A DNA stretch of 63,977 nt, filler included, from Perkinsus olseni (GCA_013115125.1; 3 parts of 3 records of this genome joined end to end with filler, not necessarily neighbours in it); one strand, 5' to 3'. Shown: positions 36,888-50,945, counted from the first letter of the whole stretch. Numbers and translations are program-made. The notes: generated by a model from the letters alone, not told the origin.

Positions 36888-38603
36888 CTAAAGGCTAATA
36901 TCTCCTATCGCCCATTGCTCCACCCGCCAATGATAGACCCTCCTCCAGTTGAGAATCTTCTTACCCACCTCGAAGTCAGCGCCCGACATGAACGACCACA
37001 AGGACAACTTGTATTCCATGTTGGAAGCATTGACATCATAGGAGACGGCCGCGTCGGTCGATTTGTCTTCAGCACCAGCGCTTACCCTACTGTCCGCCGA
37101 GACGGTTACTTTACGATCTCCGAGCATCTTCGCCTGGCTGGTGGCTTGCCCATCCACAGTGAACATCTTCTTCGCTCCTCCTAGCTGAGCATAGGTCAAA
37201 GTAACCGCCGCGACTTTTCCGCCACCCTCCTTATAGCAGACATTCAAGCCCAGGCCAACGCCCTGAGGCGTCGCCACTTGCCAAATCGTTGCACAAGTCC
37301 TTCCGTAGAGTGTCGAACTTTTGATAGCCGGAGTTTCGGGCCAGTCCAGGATGACATTGAAACCCAAGGCAGCATTGGAAGAAGGTGAGGTCACGTCTTG
37401 GGAGAAGACGCCGATGTCAAGCTCGAGCGTCAAAGGCCCCGCATCAGCATCGATGGATAGACAGACGTTGGGCTCTTGCAGCTTGTCGGAGTTGGTCTTA
37501 CACCCTATCGGATACTGGAACTTGTTCAGCTTGTGCAGGCATCTTCCAGGCGGAGTAGCCCCATAATGGAAGAAGTTATAGCTCGACCCCGGAGTTATCC
37601 TATAGCAATCGATGGGCGGAGGCGACCCGCCTTCACCACTTTTGGGCTTGCAATCGGCCGGCTCGTGTGATTGGAAGAATTCTCGAGTCTCCTCAGTGAT
37701 GACATGAGTGTCGGCCAGCAAGGGGTGAACGTAAGGGACGGCGTCGGGGTCTCCGGGTTGGGGAATATGCTCTTGGACGTCGTACACTTTATAGAGATCA
37801 GCCATCGCTTCCTCGAGGGTCATGTCAACGGTCAGATTGGCCCAGTAGCTGATACTCGTGTGTTGTATCATGGTGTCATCCGCACCCCCAACACCTTCAA
37901 TGTTGTACAGAGTGGTGTTGGTCTTATCCAAATACAATTTCCACTTATTCGGCGCGACCTCCGAGGCTCCCAATATGTCAAACTCTTGCTTGCCATCAGC
38001 CGACGCCGGCAGACCGCCAGTGGACACCCAGAGGGCTTGCATTTCACCCTGCACGCTTACTAAGCCTTGATACTGCCAATCATCATCATTCAGGGTCCTG
38101 TAGTTGCCAAAGGTTTGAGACGACTTCACAGCTTCGTCCTTTATCACATAAGACGTGTGGTTGTAGATCTGCAGTACCGTTCTCTTAGTAGGAGTCGTCA
38201 CATACACCATATACTGATACGGCCGACTTGGCCACGCCACCACCGATACCTGACCGTCTTTTGCAACGTAAGTGTCCTCAAGGACGGTCAGCGTGCCATC
38301 ATCCATCAGTGGCAATACCACACCGAAAGTGTCTGCAGTCTGTGATAGTCCACAGGAAGTCTTACCGCCACTGGGTGTCTTGAATGTGCTGTTGCAGTAG
38401 TAAGTGGTCTTTGACTGGATGCGCACGTTAGTGGCATTGAGTACAGTCGGCGGAGGGGGAGGTGTAGTCGTAGTCGTTGTGGTAGTAGTGGTCGTAGTGG
38501 TGGTTTGAGTAGTAGTGGTTGGCTCTGCCTCCGTTGGTTGCCGTTGTGCACTGCAGAAGCAGTCAATAGCGACGAGAACGATCAGGCCCGACGGAACTCT
38601 CAT
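36888..38603 (-). CDS. Intronless secreted protein with a Thr/Pro-rich stalk; function unknown
   Basis: Likely start MRVPSGLIVLVAIDCFCSA (signal peptide), then EPTTTTQTTTTTTTTTTTTTPPPPP and about 520 aa of beta-rich, Cys-containing sequence. Confidence 0.8.
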   Translation of the reverse strand: MRVPSGLIVLVAIDCFCSAQRQPTEAEPTTTTQTTTTTTTTTTTTTTPPPPPTVLNATNVRIQSKTTYYCNSTFKTPSGGKTSCGLSQTADTFGVVLPLMDDGTLTVLEDTYVAKDGQVSVVAWPSRPYQYMVYVTTPTKRTVLQIYNHTSYVIKDEAVKSSQTFGNYRTLNDDDWQYQGLVSVQGEMQALWVSTGGLPASADGKQEFDILGASEVAPNKWKLYLDKTNTTLYNIEGVGGADDTMIQHTSISYWANLTVDMTLEEAMADLYKVYDVQEHIPQPGDPDAVPYVHPLLADTHVITEETREFFQSHEPADCKPKSGEGGSPPPIDCYRITPGSSYNFFHYGATPPGRCLHKLNKFQYPIGCKTNSDKLQEPNVCLSIDADAGPLTLELDIGVFSQDVTSPSSNAALGFNVILDWPETPAIKSSTLYGRTCATIWQVATPQGVGLGLNVCYKEGGGKVAAVTLTYAQLGGAKKMFTVDGQATSQAKMLGDRKVTVSADSRVSAGAEDKSTDAAVSYDVNASNMEYKLSLWSFMSGADFEVGKKILNWRRVYHWRVEQWAIGDISL

Positions 38604-38749
38604 TCTTGTCAAGGAAGGCCTATAACGATACCCGGTGATTCCAGCTCCTCCCTGCACCCTCGGCACACACCATTGCATCACGCGAGAGCCTCAGAGACGG
38701 CTGGCTATCCTCGATTGCAGTAGAACGATACGGTCACTGGAGCCGTCCC

Positions 38750-39830
38750 GCTGTGACTAGCGGGGCATGCCCGTTGGGGATCTTGTACACGCGTGCGACC
38801 TTGCACGCGTGTCAACGATGTCCCGGCTCAGTAGTCCAGAGTGAAGACCATCCGGTGAGCGACAAGACCGCCGCCAAGCCCTCGGCAGCGAGTGGCTCTA
38901 TCCCACCCCCACAGCCATCTCGTATGAGGGAGCGCACAAATACTCTCCTCGATGGACGCTTGAATACATGCTCGAACTTCGATAGGCGGTACAGCACCGC
39001 GTCGGGCGTCTAGCGTCGTCTGAGGGATGTTTTATATCGCAAGTCACAACGGAGTAGCAGTCGACTGTTCTTCGGAGGATGGGGTGTGGACAGTCCTCGT
39101 CAGTTTGCGAAAATGGGGACGACACATAGGGTTGAGGATGAGTACTCCGGCCATGGTTCGGCCTTTGATCGAGTGTGTCCCAGTCTGCTAGCCCGCCACG
39201 GGGTGAGAGTGTCTGTGGAATAGCACCGGCAACGCGTCCATCGTGTCATGGCACGGTCCATCGTTCATTCAATGGAGGACAGCATGAATGAGGCCTTCAT
39301 GAGTTGCTCAGGCGAATGCAGCCCGGTCAGAAAAGCTACCAGATGAGAGCTGTACATAGACTGGTGGTAAACGGAGCTGAGATTCTATTCTAGCGATGGT
39401 CCGCGTGAATATTCTTGTGTGCCTGACGAATAATCTCCTCATTCGCAGTAGCGGGCCAGCGCGAGCAAGAGGACGGAATGGAGATCCTCAGGGATCCTGT
39501 AGAGATGCAGTGGAGGCTGGTGCGGGCCTATTCTGTTCCTATAGACTACAGGGTGTAGATCTCATCATTATTGGCGCAAGGTTCCAGTCCCTCGCCTACC
39601 AAGTCGTCAGGAAAGCATGCAGCTAGCACCTATGTTCTTTGTGTTGTGCCAGCACAAATGCCGTGCGCTCGCCGTGTAGCCCTACGTAACGGGGTTTGGC
39701 AAGGACTGCGCCCCTTTCGAACGATAGTTGAGGTCATGCCTGCAATGGCTGGATTGTTCAGGGGCCTAGGACACTCCGTCCAACCATGTGTGCCGGTATG
39801 GGTATTGGGAATTTGAGGGTGTCAGCGTCG
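38750..39830 (-). mobile_element. Possible highly decayed non-LTR (APE-endonuclease) retrotransposon fragment
   Basis: Minus-strand words in APE order: NTH..GW (~39790), NNDEIYT (~39560), FSDR (~39325), ADWDTL (~39180). Frames are broken. Confidence 0.22.
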
Positions 39831-40770
39831 CCCAAAGGCGATTCGCGTCGGGTTCGACTACATCCAAGTAACAGCATATCTTTTCCGGCATGTGTATGTT
39901 GTGTTAAGACTTAACAGTTAAGTTCTTCTTGTTTCTTGCTCGCACTAGATGGAATGGTAGCCGGTTAGGGATTCTCTCCAGTCTTCTCGATTCCACTCGA
40001 GTAGTTACCTCCCTCGACAGTGTCGAGTCGACACCATCACAGATGAATGGCTGTTCTGTATCATTCGGACCATTAGTATAGTTATTCGTATTAGACTAAT
40101 ACGTGCGTAGACGACTATTAAACTAATACGTATTAGACAAATAGAGTACTGATACTGATACCCTACAAGTATGAGTACTGTATTTGTTTTCTCGGTAGAT
40201 GTTACATCACGGTGTAGGACCAGACAGCTGTGAAGTAGGTAGACCAGATCAAGACTCGGGCATGAGGGCGGTGGAAATTTTTGATGTCAGAAATGCGGCA
40301 GAAAGCCGCACTGAGAATATCTCTCCTCGAGTAGCATGGCCACGGTGGGCCCCATAGGTCGATCAGCTGAGGGCTCTGTGTAGCTGATCATGATTAACGA
40401 TGGCGTATCATGCGCCGCCGCGCATAGGGTCACGGATGATCATGATGTTTGCGGTGTTCCTCTTCGAAAAGCATCTTCATTAGCGTTCAAGGTCGACATG
40501 CGGGAGTTGTTTCCCACCTGCTCGTCAGGCGTAGGTTTGATGAAGACCATCTTTTCATGTCTTTGTGTCGCTTGCGCATGCGTGCACCTACCCGTTGATG
40601 GGTCTGCTGCCCTTATCCTGTATCCCCCTACCCGAATCTAAGTTTTAGTCTTTTCGTGTTGTTCTGTCGCGTGCTAAAGCGATGGGGAATCTTGTGAGGG
40701 ACTGTAGGACTGGCAGTCCTCCATCGCGGTGACTACACCACTACTTCAGTACCTTACTCCTCAATTAACA

Positions 40771-43700
40771 ATGCTCTCGTTAGTGAAGAACCTCTTCGGC
40801 CGTCCCCCTCCACCTGATGTCAAGGAAGAGGACGTCTCCGATGACGGTTCGCCAGGTACCGCCTGCAACGGGATCTTGCCGTCCTTGCTATGGCGTTGTC
40901 ACAGGCCAGGAGGGTGCCACAGCCGTACAGACAGCCACTGGGTGCGCCCTGGACCTCCTCAAGGGCGACTTCTTCGTTCTGGATGGTGGAGAGTGGACCA
41001 GTCTAGCGGACGGGGTGAGGCCGGAGGGCAGCAGCTGTTCCTGTAGCGTTGTTTCCAAAAGCAGTTATGCAGCGTGACGTTTGATGAAGCCCTCGGTCGA
41101 ATGTATGTGTCGCAGGAGGACGAGGAAGTCGAGGAGGTCTTTAATGTAAGGAAAGCTCGTTGTGGTGGTGGTGGTGAATTGTGAAGTGAAAGTTGGTAAA
41201 AATGATCACAATGAAAAGATAAAGTAATTTTCAAGCTAGCTATATCAATTTAATCTGATAGTGTTCGTAAGATATTTTTCTCATTTTCTCTTTGTATAAT
41301 TTTGACATCTTCATGATAAACTTCTATATACATCCAAGTCTGATGATGAGGTCAGATGGTGATTCGTGATCGTAATAAAAAATGGATTAAGTTTTATTGT
41401 TCTATTGATATGATCTCCTGCTGTTAATGTTGTATCGGACGCGCGGTATCATCAACCGGTATGGAGTCCTTAGTGAAAAATCCCAACAACTCCCCGATCA
41501 GCTTTGTGGCGGCACAGGTCAGGCAAAGTGTTTGTCCGTGTTAATGATGTATCTTCATTTTATCATTAGCGCTTCTGTAGCACATTTCTATACGTGATGA
41601 AGCCTGATGAGTATGTCAGGCGAAACAGATGACGAACGTACAGCGCTATGACGACCCGGACGACGGCTACCCGTGCATCCAGTGGATCGTAAGTACTCCG
41701 AAACAGCGGTAATAGGGATGGTCATTTGCCTGCTGATAGGTGGTCACTAGGAGCGAAAATATGAGCGAGTGGGGGCTCAAGTTCCGCAACGAGGAGGCCG
41801 TGGATGAGTTCGTCAGGTGGGCCTTTCCTCGTTGATGCGGTGAGCACAGACCTTCAGGCAAGTGGAGATGCTGGGCCAGGCCGAGTCCACCATTGTCGTG
41901 CAGATCGACGGTTTGAGCATGACGGCTCGGGAGGGTAGGTCACTGGTGTGTAGGCTGTCCAACTTCGTCACTGCGCTCGTAAAGCTCTTCGGGATTAATA
42001 CTATTCGTCTACCAGTATATAAATTTTCGAAATACTATTGATACTCAAGCAAATTTGGTATTATTTTCTAAATACGTTTATAGTGCACTTTTATCTTCTT
42101 ATACTATGACTTTATTTTACCACTTTCACTATAGTGTACTTTATATACTTGCATCATCGCGCCGGAAAAATTTATTAAGTGGTTCAGCCGCGATTGCACT
42201 AGAAAGGCTGCTGGAAGGGTATCTCAGTCACTCTTCCGAGCGGCCAATAGGCGCTCGGCAGAGGGCAGACGGCGGCTTTGGAGAAGTCACAGTGGGAAAT
42301 TGTGAGCGCGTATAATACGCACTGAAAAGCGCACGACGGTGGCGCATTGTGACATGAATGAACAAGAGGGATTTTTGCGGCCTCGTCATTGGATGATGGT
42401 GTGTTCAGGACCAGGGGAATGGTCGCCCGTCGGTCACTCCAACTCAGTCATGGTTATGATCACTCAGCGGAAGGACTTCGAGGCCCACTTGGTTATATTC
42501 GATCGTAGCATGCATAATTTCGTGGCGCGCGGTAGTTTCGGATTCGTTTTCAGAGGCTGATGATAGTCTCCTTTACAGTGGTGCCATCACTGCTGGTCTC
42601 GGGTTCAAATACGAATGGCCTAAGATCATGTAAGTCGCTATAGAACCCGGTGGTCAGCTCAATAGTGGGGGGGTGCTCGGCGGCGCAGTTCGAGGTGAAG
42701 GCCAGTGAGACAGGAGAGTGATCTTAACGGGGGTCAGTCGAATTGCATTCATACCAACTTTTGAGTAATTCATTCTATTTCTCTGCGCGTGGCTGGCTCG
42801 TTGTTGCAATTCCAAGTACTGCTCGGGTGTGTGAGGTCTCGTGTCAGGTTCCTCGGCTTCTCCCCATTGTCATCTAAAACGCCGGTATTGGCGATAGAAT
42901 GTAGTATTTTCGGGCGTATGCGGCCGCTGGGCGCATCGACCCTTCAGGCCCGACTCACGCTGCATTCGCTTCCCTCTGTGGGGCTCTGGACAAGGTGCAG
43001 GCGGAGCGCCGGTTCAAGAAGAAAAGTGAGCCATCACCAGAACTCGTCCTCCTAAACACCGATACCTGGGAGAAATTCGGGCCGCATTCTACGCGGCCTC
43101 CTTCTCGCTAGCGTGGTTGGTGATCTTGGAAATTCTCTGGCTCTTTTTCTGGACATGGGGAAGCAGCTAGATCAGATCGAAATCGGTTTCTTCGAATACA
43201 ATCCGTTGAATCGAAAGACGCATTCGAGTCTTTTGAGGACTGGGCGAGGGGTCGGGTGGGATGGCGTTTGGTCAGTCCCCGGCAAGCCCAAGGCGACAGA
43301 GAACGAGAAAGCCGAGGAATTCTACGATGTTGACAATGAGGAAGAACCAGCGGAGCGAAGCGGTATTCCTTTGCCATTTTCCCATCGTCTGTTGGGAGCA
43401 TCTTCCTCAGAGGATGCTTCCGAATTTTCGACGACCTCGGAGGCCTGGTCGAGCGAGGATGAGTACGGTAGCTCCCCCGTGAAGACCTACCCTAAGAAAC
43501 AAGTACTGCTTCGCGACTCAGTACGGGTGAAGCTTCTCTTAGGGCGCTCGGGACGGCGGTGCCACAGAAAGCAACAAGTTGATGGGGACGTCGAAGACCG
43601 TCGGAGGCGACCGGGCATTCGTATGGCGGACGAAGGTGGGAGAAGATGTTAATCCAGTGGGGAAGCGGATTAGCACAGGTCTCCAACAGGCGCCAGGCGG

Positions 43701-45934
43701 CAAGGCATGAAGCGGGCGGAGGGGCGAACATGAATGTAGTCCAATGTGTTAGATGGCTCGGTTGTTGATCTCACGACCGTAGTTCGATTCTTGGTGGCGG
43801 TATTATTCTTGACAGGTTCTAAGGATGGACGCTGATGGATTGGAGCAAGTGACACGAATTAATAACGTAATACTGGGCTGCTCAACCCGATGGGAGAATG
43901 AGCTTTTCGTCACCGACGGGGTGCCTCCCGCTGTGTTGGAAGCAATGAAGGAGGGTTTCGTTATACGAGGGCTCGTACTCAACTGTCCCTACCACAAAAG
44001 CCCGACAGTTGCTCGAAGGTGTGAGCGCTTCTTTGTTTGGTAATTGTCAGATTTTATATAAGGGCGAAGGTGTGTGTCCAACAGCATGTATGATGCATGA
44101 GGGGGATAACAAGATGCTCTTGCTCGATCATTGTGAGTAACGGGTGTCTAATTGATACGAAGTGGTGAGAAAACTTCTGGTGGCTAAATTTTCACAGAGC
44201 GGTATGCAACAGAACACGGCGATTCAGAATCTGTGCTTGTTTCTGTCCCCATGAAAAGAGTCGCCGAAACACTCTTCCTTGAAGCTTATAGGCTTCGTTC
44301 ACCAGCTGGCCACCTTGAACGTTGAGCCGTCTCCGTAGTTAAGTAGACACGTAAAGGAAATACGTGATTGCTTGCCATTTGCCTTCGATAAGTTTTTGGA
44401 GAAAAATGAGTGTAGCATAGGTCGAGGCAGAATTTGATCTCGTCTTTCAGCTGACCCCGCCGACGCTGATAAGGTCCTCTGTATGGACTTGAACGTGGGG
44501 AAAGTGGTGAGGCATGAGCCGTGATGGTCAGCAGCGACGCGACACGGTTATCGTCTGGGAAGGTGCAAGAGTGGAATGCAGACAGTATGCGAGTCAACAG
44601 CCTGATACCGACATCGAAGACTGCGCAGAGTGATGCCTGGGGAGGGTCCGTTCTGACGCTACAGTCGGCGTTGGAAGCCGCGGCTTGTCTTGCTCTCCGC
44701 CCCAATTCAAGGAAGGGGCAGACTCGGATGATCTGCCGGCAGGTACTGGAGAGCAGTGCTTCATGGGAATGAACGATAAAGCTGTCTTCGTTATGGATCC
44801 AAGGCTGGACTCGAGGAATACTAATAGGGTAGTCATACGGATTTCGACTCATACCGTAACTTTCGTAACTCGTAGGCACAGACGTACGCCTACGCCAGCA
44901 ACGTGAAGCTGAGCGCTGCGGCGACTGATGGTGGGGGAAGATTCGTACGAGGAGCGAAGCGAACGACCAGCGCGCTCGAAGGGTGTTGTGCCAGGCCCTC
45001 GGTAACCGTGTGGGCGAGTACCGCCTGTTCGACGGACAGACGAATAAGGAGGGCCAAATCAAACGATGCAAGACCCTTCTTAAGGGCACTGGGGACCCGA
45101 TCATCAAAGTTGATGTCACGTGAGACCGGGCCGATACTTCTGCCCGTCGCGGCGTAATGGGCTGGGTGGGCTTCGACACCGACTCGCGACTAGTTGATTG
45201 GCCTAGCGTAACGGTCGCATAGACTGTCATTGATGCGTTCAATAAACCTTGTCACCTTTCGGTGAGGATGTCTCTCAGGCTCCGAGCTTCGGGTGCGAAG
45301 TGCCTCCGGACGGGAGCATAGTGGATGTTCGCGATCTCAGGTTCGATGGTCGGTATCTACTCGGAACAACTGCGAAGTATCTTGTCCTAATCGACACTCA
45401 GCTGTCCGGTGGTGTGACGGGTTTCGACAAGTCCATGGGCCAGAACGCACCGGAGTTGATATCGATCAGCCTTTCGCAGGAAGACTTCGTGAAGTAGCAG
45501 ATAATTAGCGGAGCGAAGCGATTCATGGGTGATCATTCTCGGATCAGGTATGGTTTGAAGGACATCAACTTCACTCCTGCGAGGTTCGAGTGCGGTGCAA
45601 GCGGCGTTGAGGAAACCATCGTTACCACCACGGGCAGTCTGATGGTCAGCTGGAGCCTCAAGGTAATTTCGTGGCGCGCGAAGTTTTCACAGCAGTCTGT
45701 TCAGGATGTACTGCGCGGTAAAATCCACAAGTACTCGGTGAAGCCCATGGGTGACTACATCGTGGCCACCGAGTCTGCTCCGGGCGTCTCGGAAAGCACT
45801 GCTGCAGGGAACGCCGTTGTCGCCATGTAATTGTCGCAGTGGAAGATCCACGAACCATTTTGGAGCCGGTCGGAAGTAGGTACCAAGATTCCATTGATGT
45901 TGCACGACGGCGGAGAAGTCAGCATCGCAAATGA
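40771..45934 (+). CDS. VID27: Vid27/CYPRO4-like protein (vacuolar import and degradation), multi-exon
   Basis: MLSLVKNLFG..., WGLKFRNEEAVDEF, GEQCFMGMNDKAVFVMDPRL, VGEYRLFDG, IKRCKTLLKGTGDPIIKVDV, DGRYLLGTTAKYLVLIDT, FTPARF..EETIVTTTGSLMVSWSLKDVLRGK. Confidence 0.85.
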
Positions 45935-47517
45935 TGGTGTTGTAGTTGATGCAGCTTTTTTCACGCATGAGTTTTATTGTTTCGCGTTGGAAGCGAAAAA
46001 ATGAGTATTCGCAGGGGTTGTAACTGCTAGCCGTGTATCGAAGATTCGCGCATGCGTGCACTCGTGTGCATGCGTGCAGGCATGCGCATGCGTTCTCGTA
46101 CTCTTAAGGTTCTTGTGATGTCTCTTTCCGTTGACCTTCCACCATCATAGTCTATCTTACTCGCTAAAAATCCGCTTTTTCGAGGAGAGCTTTGGGTAAC
46201 CCTCCCCAGCGGTCGGCTAGCCTGTCTAGCTTCGTTGTTGTCTACTCTAGCGCATTGCGTGCCCACACTGCAACCAACTTCTTCGTCAGTAAAGTGATAG
46301 TCTTTTGTATGGGCAATACCCCTTCCTCGTCCCCTTCAGCTGCTACTAGGCCGCGGTATCGTCTGTCCAAGACTATGCCTCCGTGATCGGGCTCTGAGAC
46401 CTCCGTGGTCTCATTAGCGACCACCGTCTCGATCGTGGACTCGTGCTCATCCGAAAAGAGAGCCCTACCTCGTAAAGGCTTTCCTATCAAGCGTCAGTCT
46501 GCCGTCAACCTACGATCGGTGAGCAGGCCTTGTTTAAAAAAGAGCGTCACGATCACCCCATAAGAGCAAATAGCCTTATACCATTGAAGCCTACCATCGT
46601 CTCTTCATGCAAAAGTTATGTTGCCATTGTCCTTCTGCTGTCTCGGTGCTGCCGCCAGCAGTACGTCCGTGTCGTCTGTTCATATACTCTTAGCTCATAT
46701 TAGCTGGGCTGTGCGTCGGGTCTCCACAAGGGATGCCCAGCAGTGGTTGTGGGAACATGTGTTGGTGTCGGAACCGCTCGCTCCGTCGAGGTCCCATGAC
46801 AGTAGCAGCTCACCATTTAAGCTTTCTGGTATCACGCCAGTCAACTTATCATCCTCATTTTTATTTTTGGTATGTCGAGTTTTGCAGTATGGGTGGGTGT
46901 GCACAGCGAGCTAGTTAAGGGCAGGCTTCGCTTCAGCGAAAAGGGGTTTCGAACGCTCCATAAGTGACCGGAGAAATGCACATTGAGGTATTGTCGGGTT
47001 CGGTAGAGTGGCTGCGATTAGTCGGGTTCAGCTTGGGAGTAGTGTGTACGACCAATGGTACTCGCTTTACTGCGGAAGTGCACTCAGTTTTTTGCCGTCG
47101 AGTGCACCCAAGTGAGTTCTCAGAGTAGAGTGAAGGACTCGGAAGGATTTCTCCGTTTGCATGAGTCAACAAATGATTTGCCTTGAAATGAACTCGAGCA
47201 TCAACATGTTGCAGATGCTAGATCATTTCACAAGCATACCCTCCATAGCTGGTGAGAGTCTGGGTTAGCAAAGCTCGCGCGCTCAAACGAGACCGAGCAA
47301 TAAGCCATCGGGACCCTTTTGTATTCACACAAGATCGTGACTCACTCACACATTCCATGCTTTCCACTGGAGAGTAACTTTCCAGAGAGACACAACTAAA
47401 GACTCCCGACTTCCTGAAAATTTGTTGCGCGCAGTATCTCTAAATTGGAAAGCACATGTGCTTGGAGGTACAGTTCGAGCCGGAGTCGTTACCTCACCTT
47501 GCTCGTCCCCTATTTTG

Positions 47518-47617
47518 NNNNNNNNNNNNNNNNNNNNNNNNNNNNNNNNNNNNNNNNNNNNTTAATTAATTAANNNNNNNNNNNNNNNNNNNNNNNNNNN
47601 NNNNNNNNNNNNNNNNN
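47518..47617. other. Artificial linker/assembly gap
   Basis: 44 N + TTAATTAATTAA + 44 N. Confidence 0.97.
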
Positions 47618-49828
47618 CCTCAAACACGTAGTATGTGCTGAATTAGACTGATTTTTGTGATTTGCATATCGAATTGGAACACCCTGTATGAAGATGAATC
47701 GCTTCGCTCCGCCTCACCTTGGAGAACGATCCGCAAACCACACAGTGTCTCATCCATTCTTCCTTCTCACCAGCCACTTGCATAAGCGAGCGAATGCCTT
47801 CCGACGACGGCCTGGCAAGAGGCAAAAAGACTTTCCTTCATCGCGTTAAAGGAGCCGTTCCGAACGCTACCCTGAATGATTATCTCGAGGATTGTCGTAG
47901 TACAGCAGACCATACGGTTCATCGGATATCACCTATCAAGCAAACACACTCCACCACACTTTCGCGCGCCACGAAATTCACAGGTCTATCCGCAGGAAGT
48001 ACAATCCTTTGAAAGTTACGTACGCCGAGAACCCACAGTTTTTCACTACGGCGATTCAACAACGACTCCACATCACCTTCATCTTCAGCGTCAACGCGTA
48101 TCAACCGTCTAGAGTAATCCGTAATACGGATTCCGTATCAACCCTTCACGGTTCTGTGTCAGCCTTCTCTCAACGCCATCGCCCCGATTACCCCACCACT
48201 TACCAAAAAATCATACTTAACCGCCAAGTCCATGAGAGCTTTTTGTCGACTGATGCTCATAACAGTTCCCCGAGGATTGTGATGGATGGGGACTGATCAT
48301 TCGAGCAAACCACACCATCACAACAGAGCAGTTACTGACGTCATTACTGGTGTAAAGTGCAGAGACCTTGGAGCTGCAGCTTTGAATGACTTCCTCCAGC
48401 TTGTCTGGTATGATGCCCTCCTCATCAATCGGCACAGGAACGAGAGAAGCGCCTGCAGGAATCCCAATACAATAGTCGGACGTACCAATGCTGTTGAAGA
48501 CGATGGAAAAGGCGAGGGGCCGTTTGAACAGGAGGCGATCACAAAAAAAGACACTCAGGATCGGGAAAAAATCGGTGAAAATGAGAATTCTTTCAAGAAA
48601 CTAAGAAATTTTCGGGCCTCCCCAGACTCCCCCTCACTACAGTACCTGCCTCCTCAAAGATCTTGCCCGCCAAAAAATACGTATTTTCCTCGACCAAGAC
48701 GAGCGACCCTGCAACACCACCGATACGAGGCCACTGACGTCAGTACTGCTACCAGGGCCTCCCACGATTCCCTTGGCCAGTATGCTCAACGACGAGGATA
48801 TACCCGATGAGACAGCCAGCTGGTCGGGAAGAATGGCCCCGCCATAGCAGGTCGAGAGCATCTGAGCAAGGATTAGCATCACACAAGTAGGCCAATGCTG
48901 ATCATTGACGACAAAGAGAGAGGAGGAACCGCCTGCTATCAGGATCAGCGTAGAACACTCGGTCGCTGATGGGAATGTTGCTTTTGTGCAATGCAAGTGG
49001 TAGTAAAGAGCATGGAGTTAGAGGTGTTGGTCCTAGGCTGTTATATACGAGAGATGGATAGTAATATAAGTCTTTGCTCGATTTTATGGCGACCTGCCAG
49101 TGGCCTGGTGTCACTTTCTAAAGCAACGTCTCTCCGCTCGATACCACTCGCCTAGAATAATACACACTTCCATCATATTAAACATGAAAATGTATGAAAA
49201 GCCTATCCGGCCTATCAGTCCGTCGTCCGATACCGGCAACCCAGAGTGACCACTGAGTGGCCGGATTTCAATTCCTTAAGGCTTGAACTAGTTTAGTTCT
49301 CTTCGGTCGATACCACTCCTTCAGCAAATTACATGCTTCAACTAGACTAAATATCGTAAAGAAAGACTATTAATCAACGCCATCAGTCCACCATCCGATA
49401 CCGACGACCCGTACGCCAGCTCATCATCACCTTGGCCAACTCCTGGCGGAACACCAGAGGCCCCTGTATGCTGGCGTATTGATACATACACCAGTCCTTC
49501 ATGGCAGCCTCACAGCCACCCTCGATGGCATCTTTGAGAATCTTTGTAGGCACCGTGGCTGACACAAGAAATGTCCAACGAAATCTCAAGTTCCAAGCTA
49601 CAGGGCGGTGCACGGTGGGGGACGTAACTGGAAACTATAGCGGAGAAATATCATATCCATAATATCATAGAAACAGTCAGAGGGCAGGAAAGTGTGTCTC
49701 TCTAAAGACTCGATCGCAGTAGATAGGTGATTGCGAACTACCATCCACGTACATCACCCTGGAGATCACGGCGACAGAACATTCACGATAGTACGCAGAT
49801 CGGGCTAACTAAAGCTTATCTTCACCAT
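47618..49828 (-). CDS. Class I/II PLP-dependent aminotransferase (2-aminoadipate/kynurenine-type), multi-exon, 3' end lost at the linker
   Basis: MYQYASIQGPLVFRQELAK, DQLAVSSGISSSL, VPIDEEGIIPDKLE, IPIHHNPRGTVMSISRQKAL, VCGSFSK (PLP lysine). Start codon tentative. Confidence 0.85.
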
Positions 49829-50641
49829 CAGTACATGATGGACGACGCGGGACTATTCCCAACTAGAGATTATAGAGTACCAAATGAATGACTAGAGAAT
49901 ACTAGGATATTGCCACTTAGTCGTTCTCCCTTGAGATGAGCGAGACGACATTTTCAGGCCGTCCGTGTCAAGAAAATTACAACCATGTCGTATGAATTTT
50001 ATCTTGAGTATCATTATTGGTATCACTTTATCATGAATTTATTTCATTTACGAGTATCATTATCATGAATTGTCAGTATCACTATCAGTACTATTACCAT
50101 TATTAGTATCAGTATCATTATTATTACCGTATCAATCAACGTGAATATAATAGTCACACAATTTCGGTAAATTCTGTCATTCATTTTCGTTCAAGAAAGA
50201 GCGCGAGATCTTCCGCTCACCTTCAGAAGGCTGACCTATGGCGAAGTTGACTCGATTGGCCGAGGCTCTGTTCTGGCAGTAGTCGCTCAGCTGGACGGTC
50301 GGGGTGGGCATCCGAGAGGGGAGGGCAGTAGAAATTAGACGACGCGCGATGGCGAGGATGGTACTGGGGAAAACTGAAAATAATAATTAATTTCAAGTCT
50401 TCAACTAAAAACCTGAAAACGCTACGGGAAATTTGCTAGAGGGACGACTGACCGAAAGGGAAGGCAGGGCTACTGATGGCGAGGGGCGGGACAGACTACT
50501 GTGAGAGAATAAAAATATTAATTTATACCAAAACTTCAACTAAACACAGAAGGACGGCAGAAATGTGCAAGAGGGGCTACTGGCCGAAGTCGGACCTGAG
50601 GGGAGGGAGCTGCGGACGGCCGGTGGGAGGGGGTGGTACCT

Positions 50642-50945
50642 TCAATGACCTCCTCTGAGTTGAAGTACCATGTGGATAGTCGAACCCGGTTTGACATTAT
50701 AGTCCGATAATTTGCAGTCATCACTCATCTGTTTGCCAGAATAGATCAACCTTATCTGTTCTACCTGCGCAGAAGTGCCCCAAGTTGTCCTATTTTGTAT
50801 CTTGCACGCTCAACCTCAAGATACCCTCTACTACCTGTATCCCTTCCCTCTCTTGCAAGGCCTCCTTAACGTGCCTTACTGTATTATCCGGCTCGAAATT
50901 GAAGTTACTTTTTCGGCCGGTCAGCGTCTTTATGAAAATTTGCAT
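50642..50945 (-). CDS. NEDD8: NEDD8/Rub1 ubiquitin-like protein, 2 exons (intron 50765-50834)
   Basis: MQIFIKTLTGRKSNFNFEPDNTVRHVKEALQEREGIQ|VEQIRLIYSGKQMSDDCKLSDYNVKPGSTIHMVLQLRGGH*. Confidence 0.93.

Noticed and set aside
46027-47517. Short ORFs and (GCAT/GCGT)-rich stretch after VID27
   Set aside because: No family motifs or coherent splice structure; treated as intergenic.
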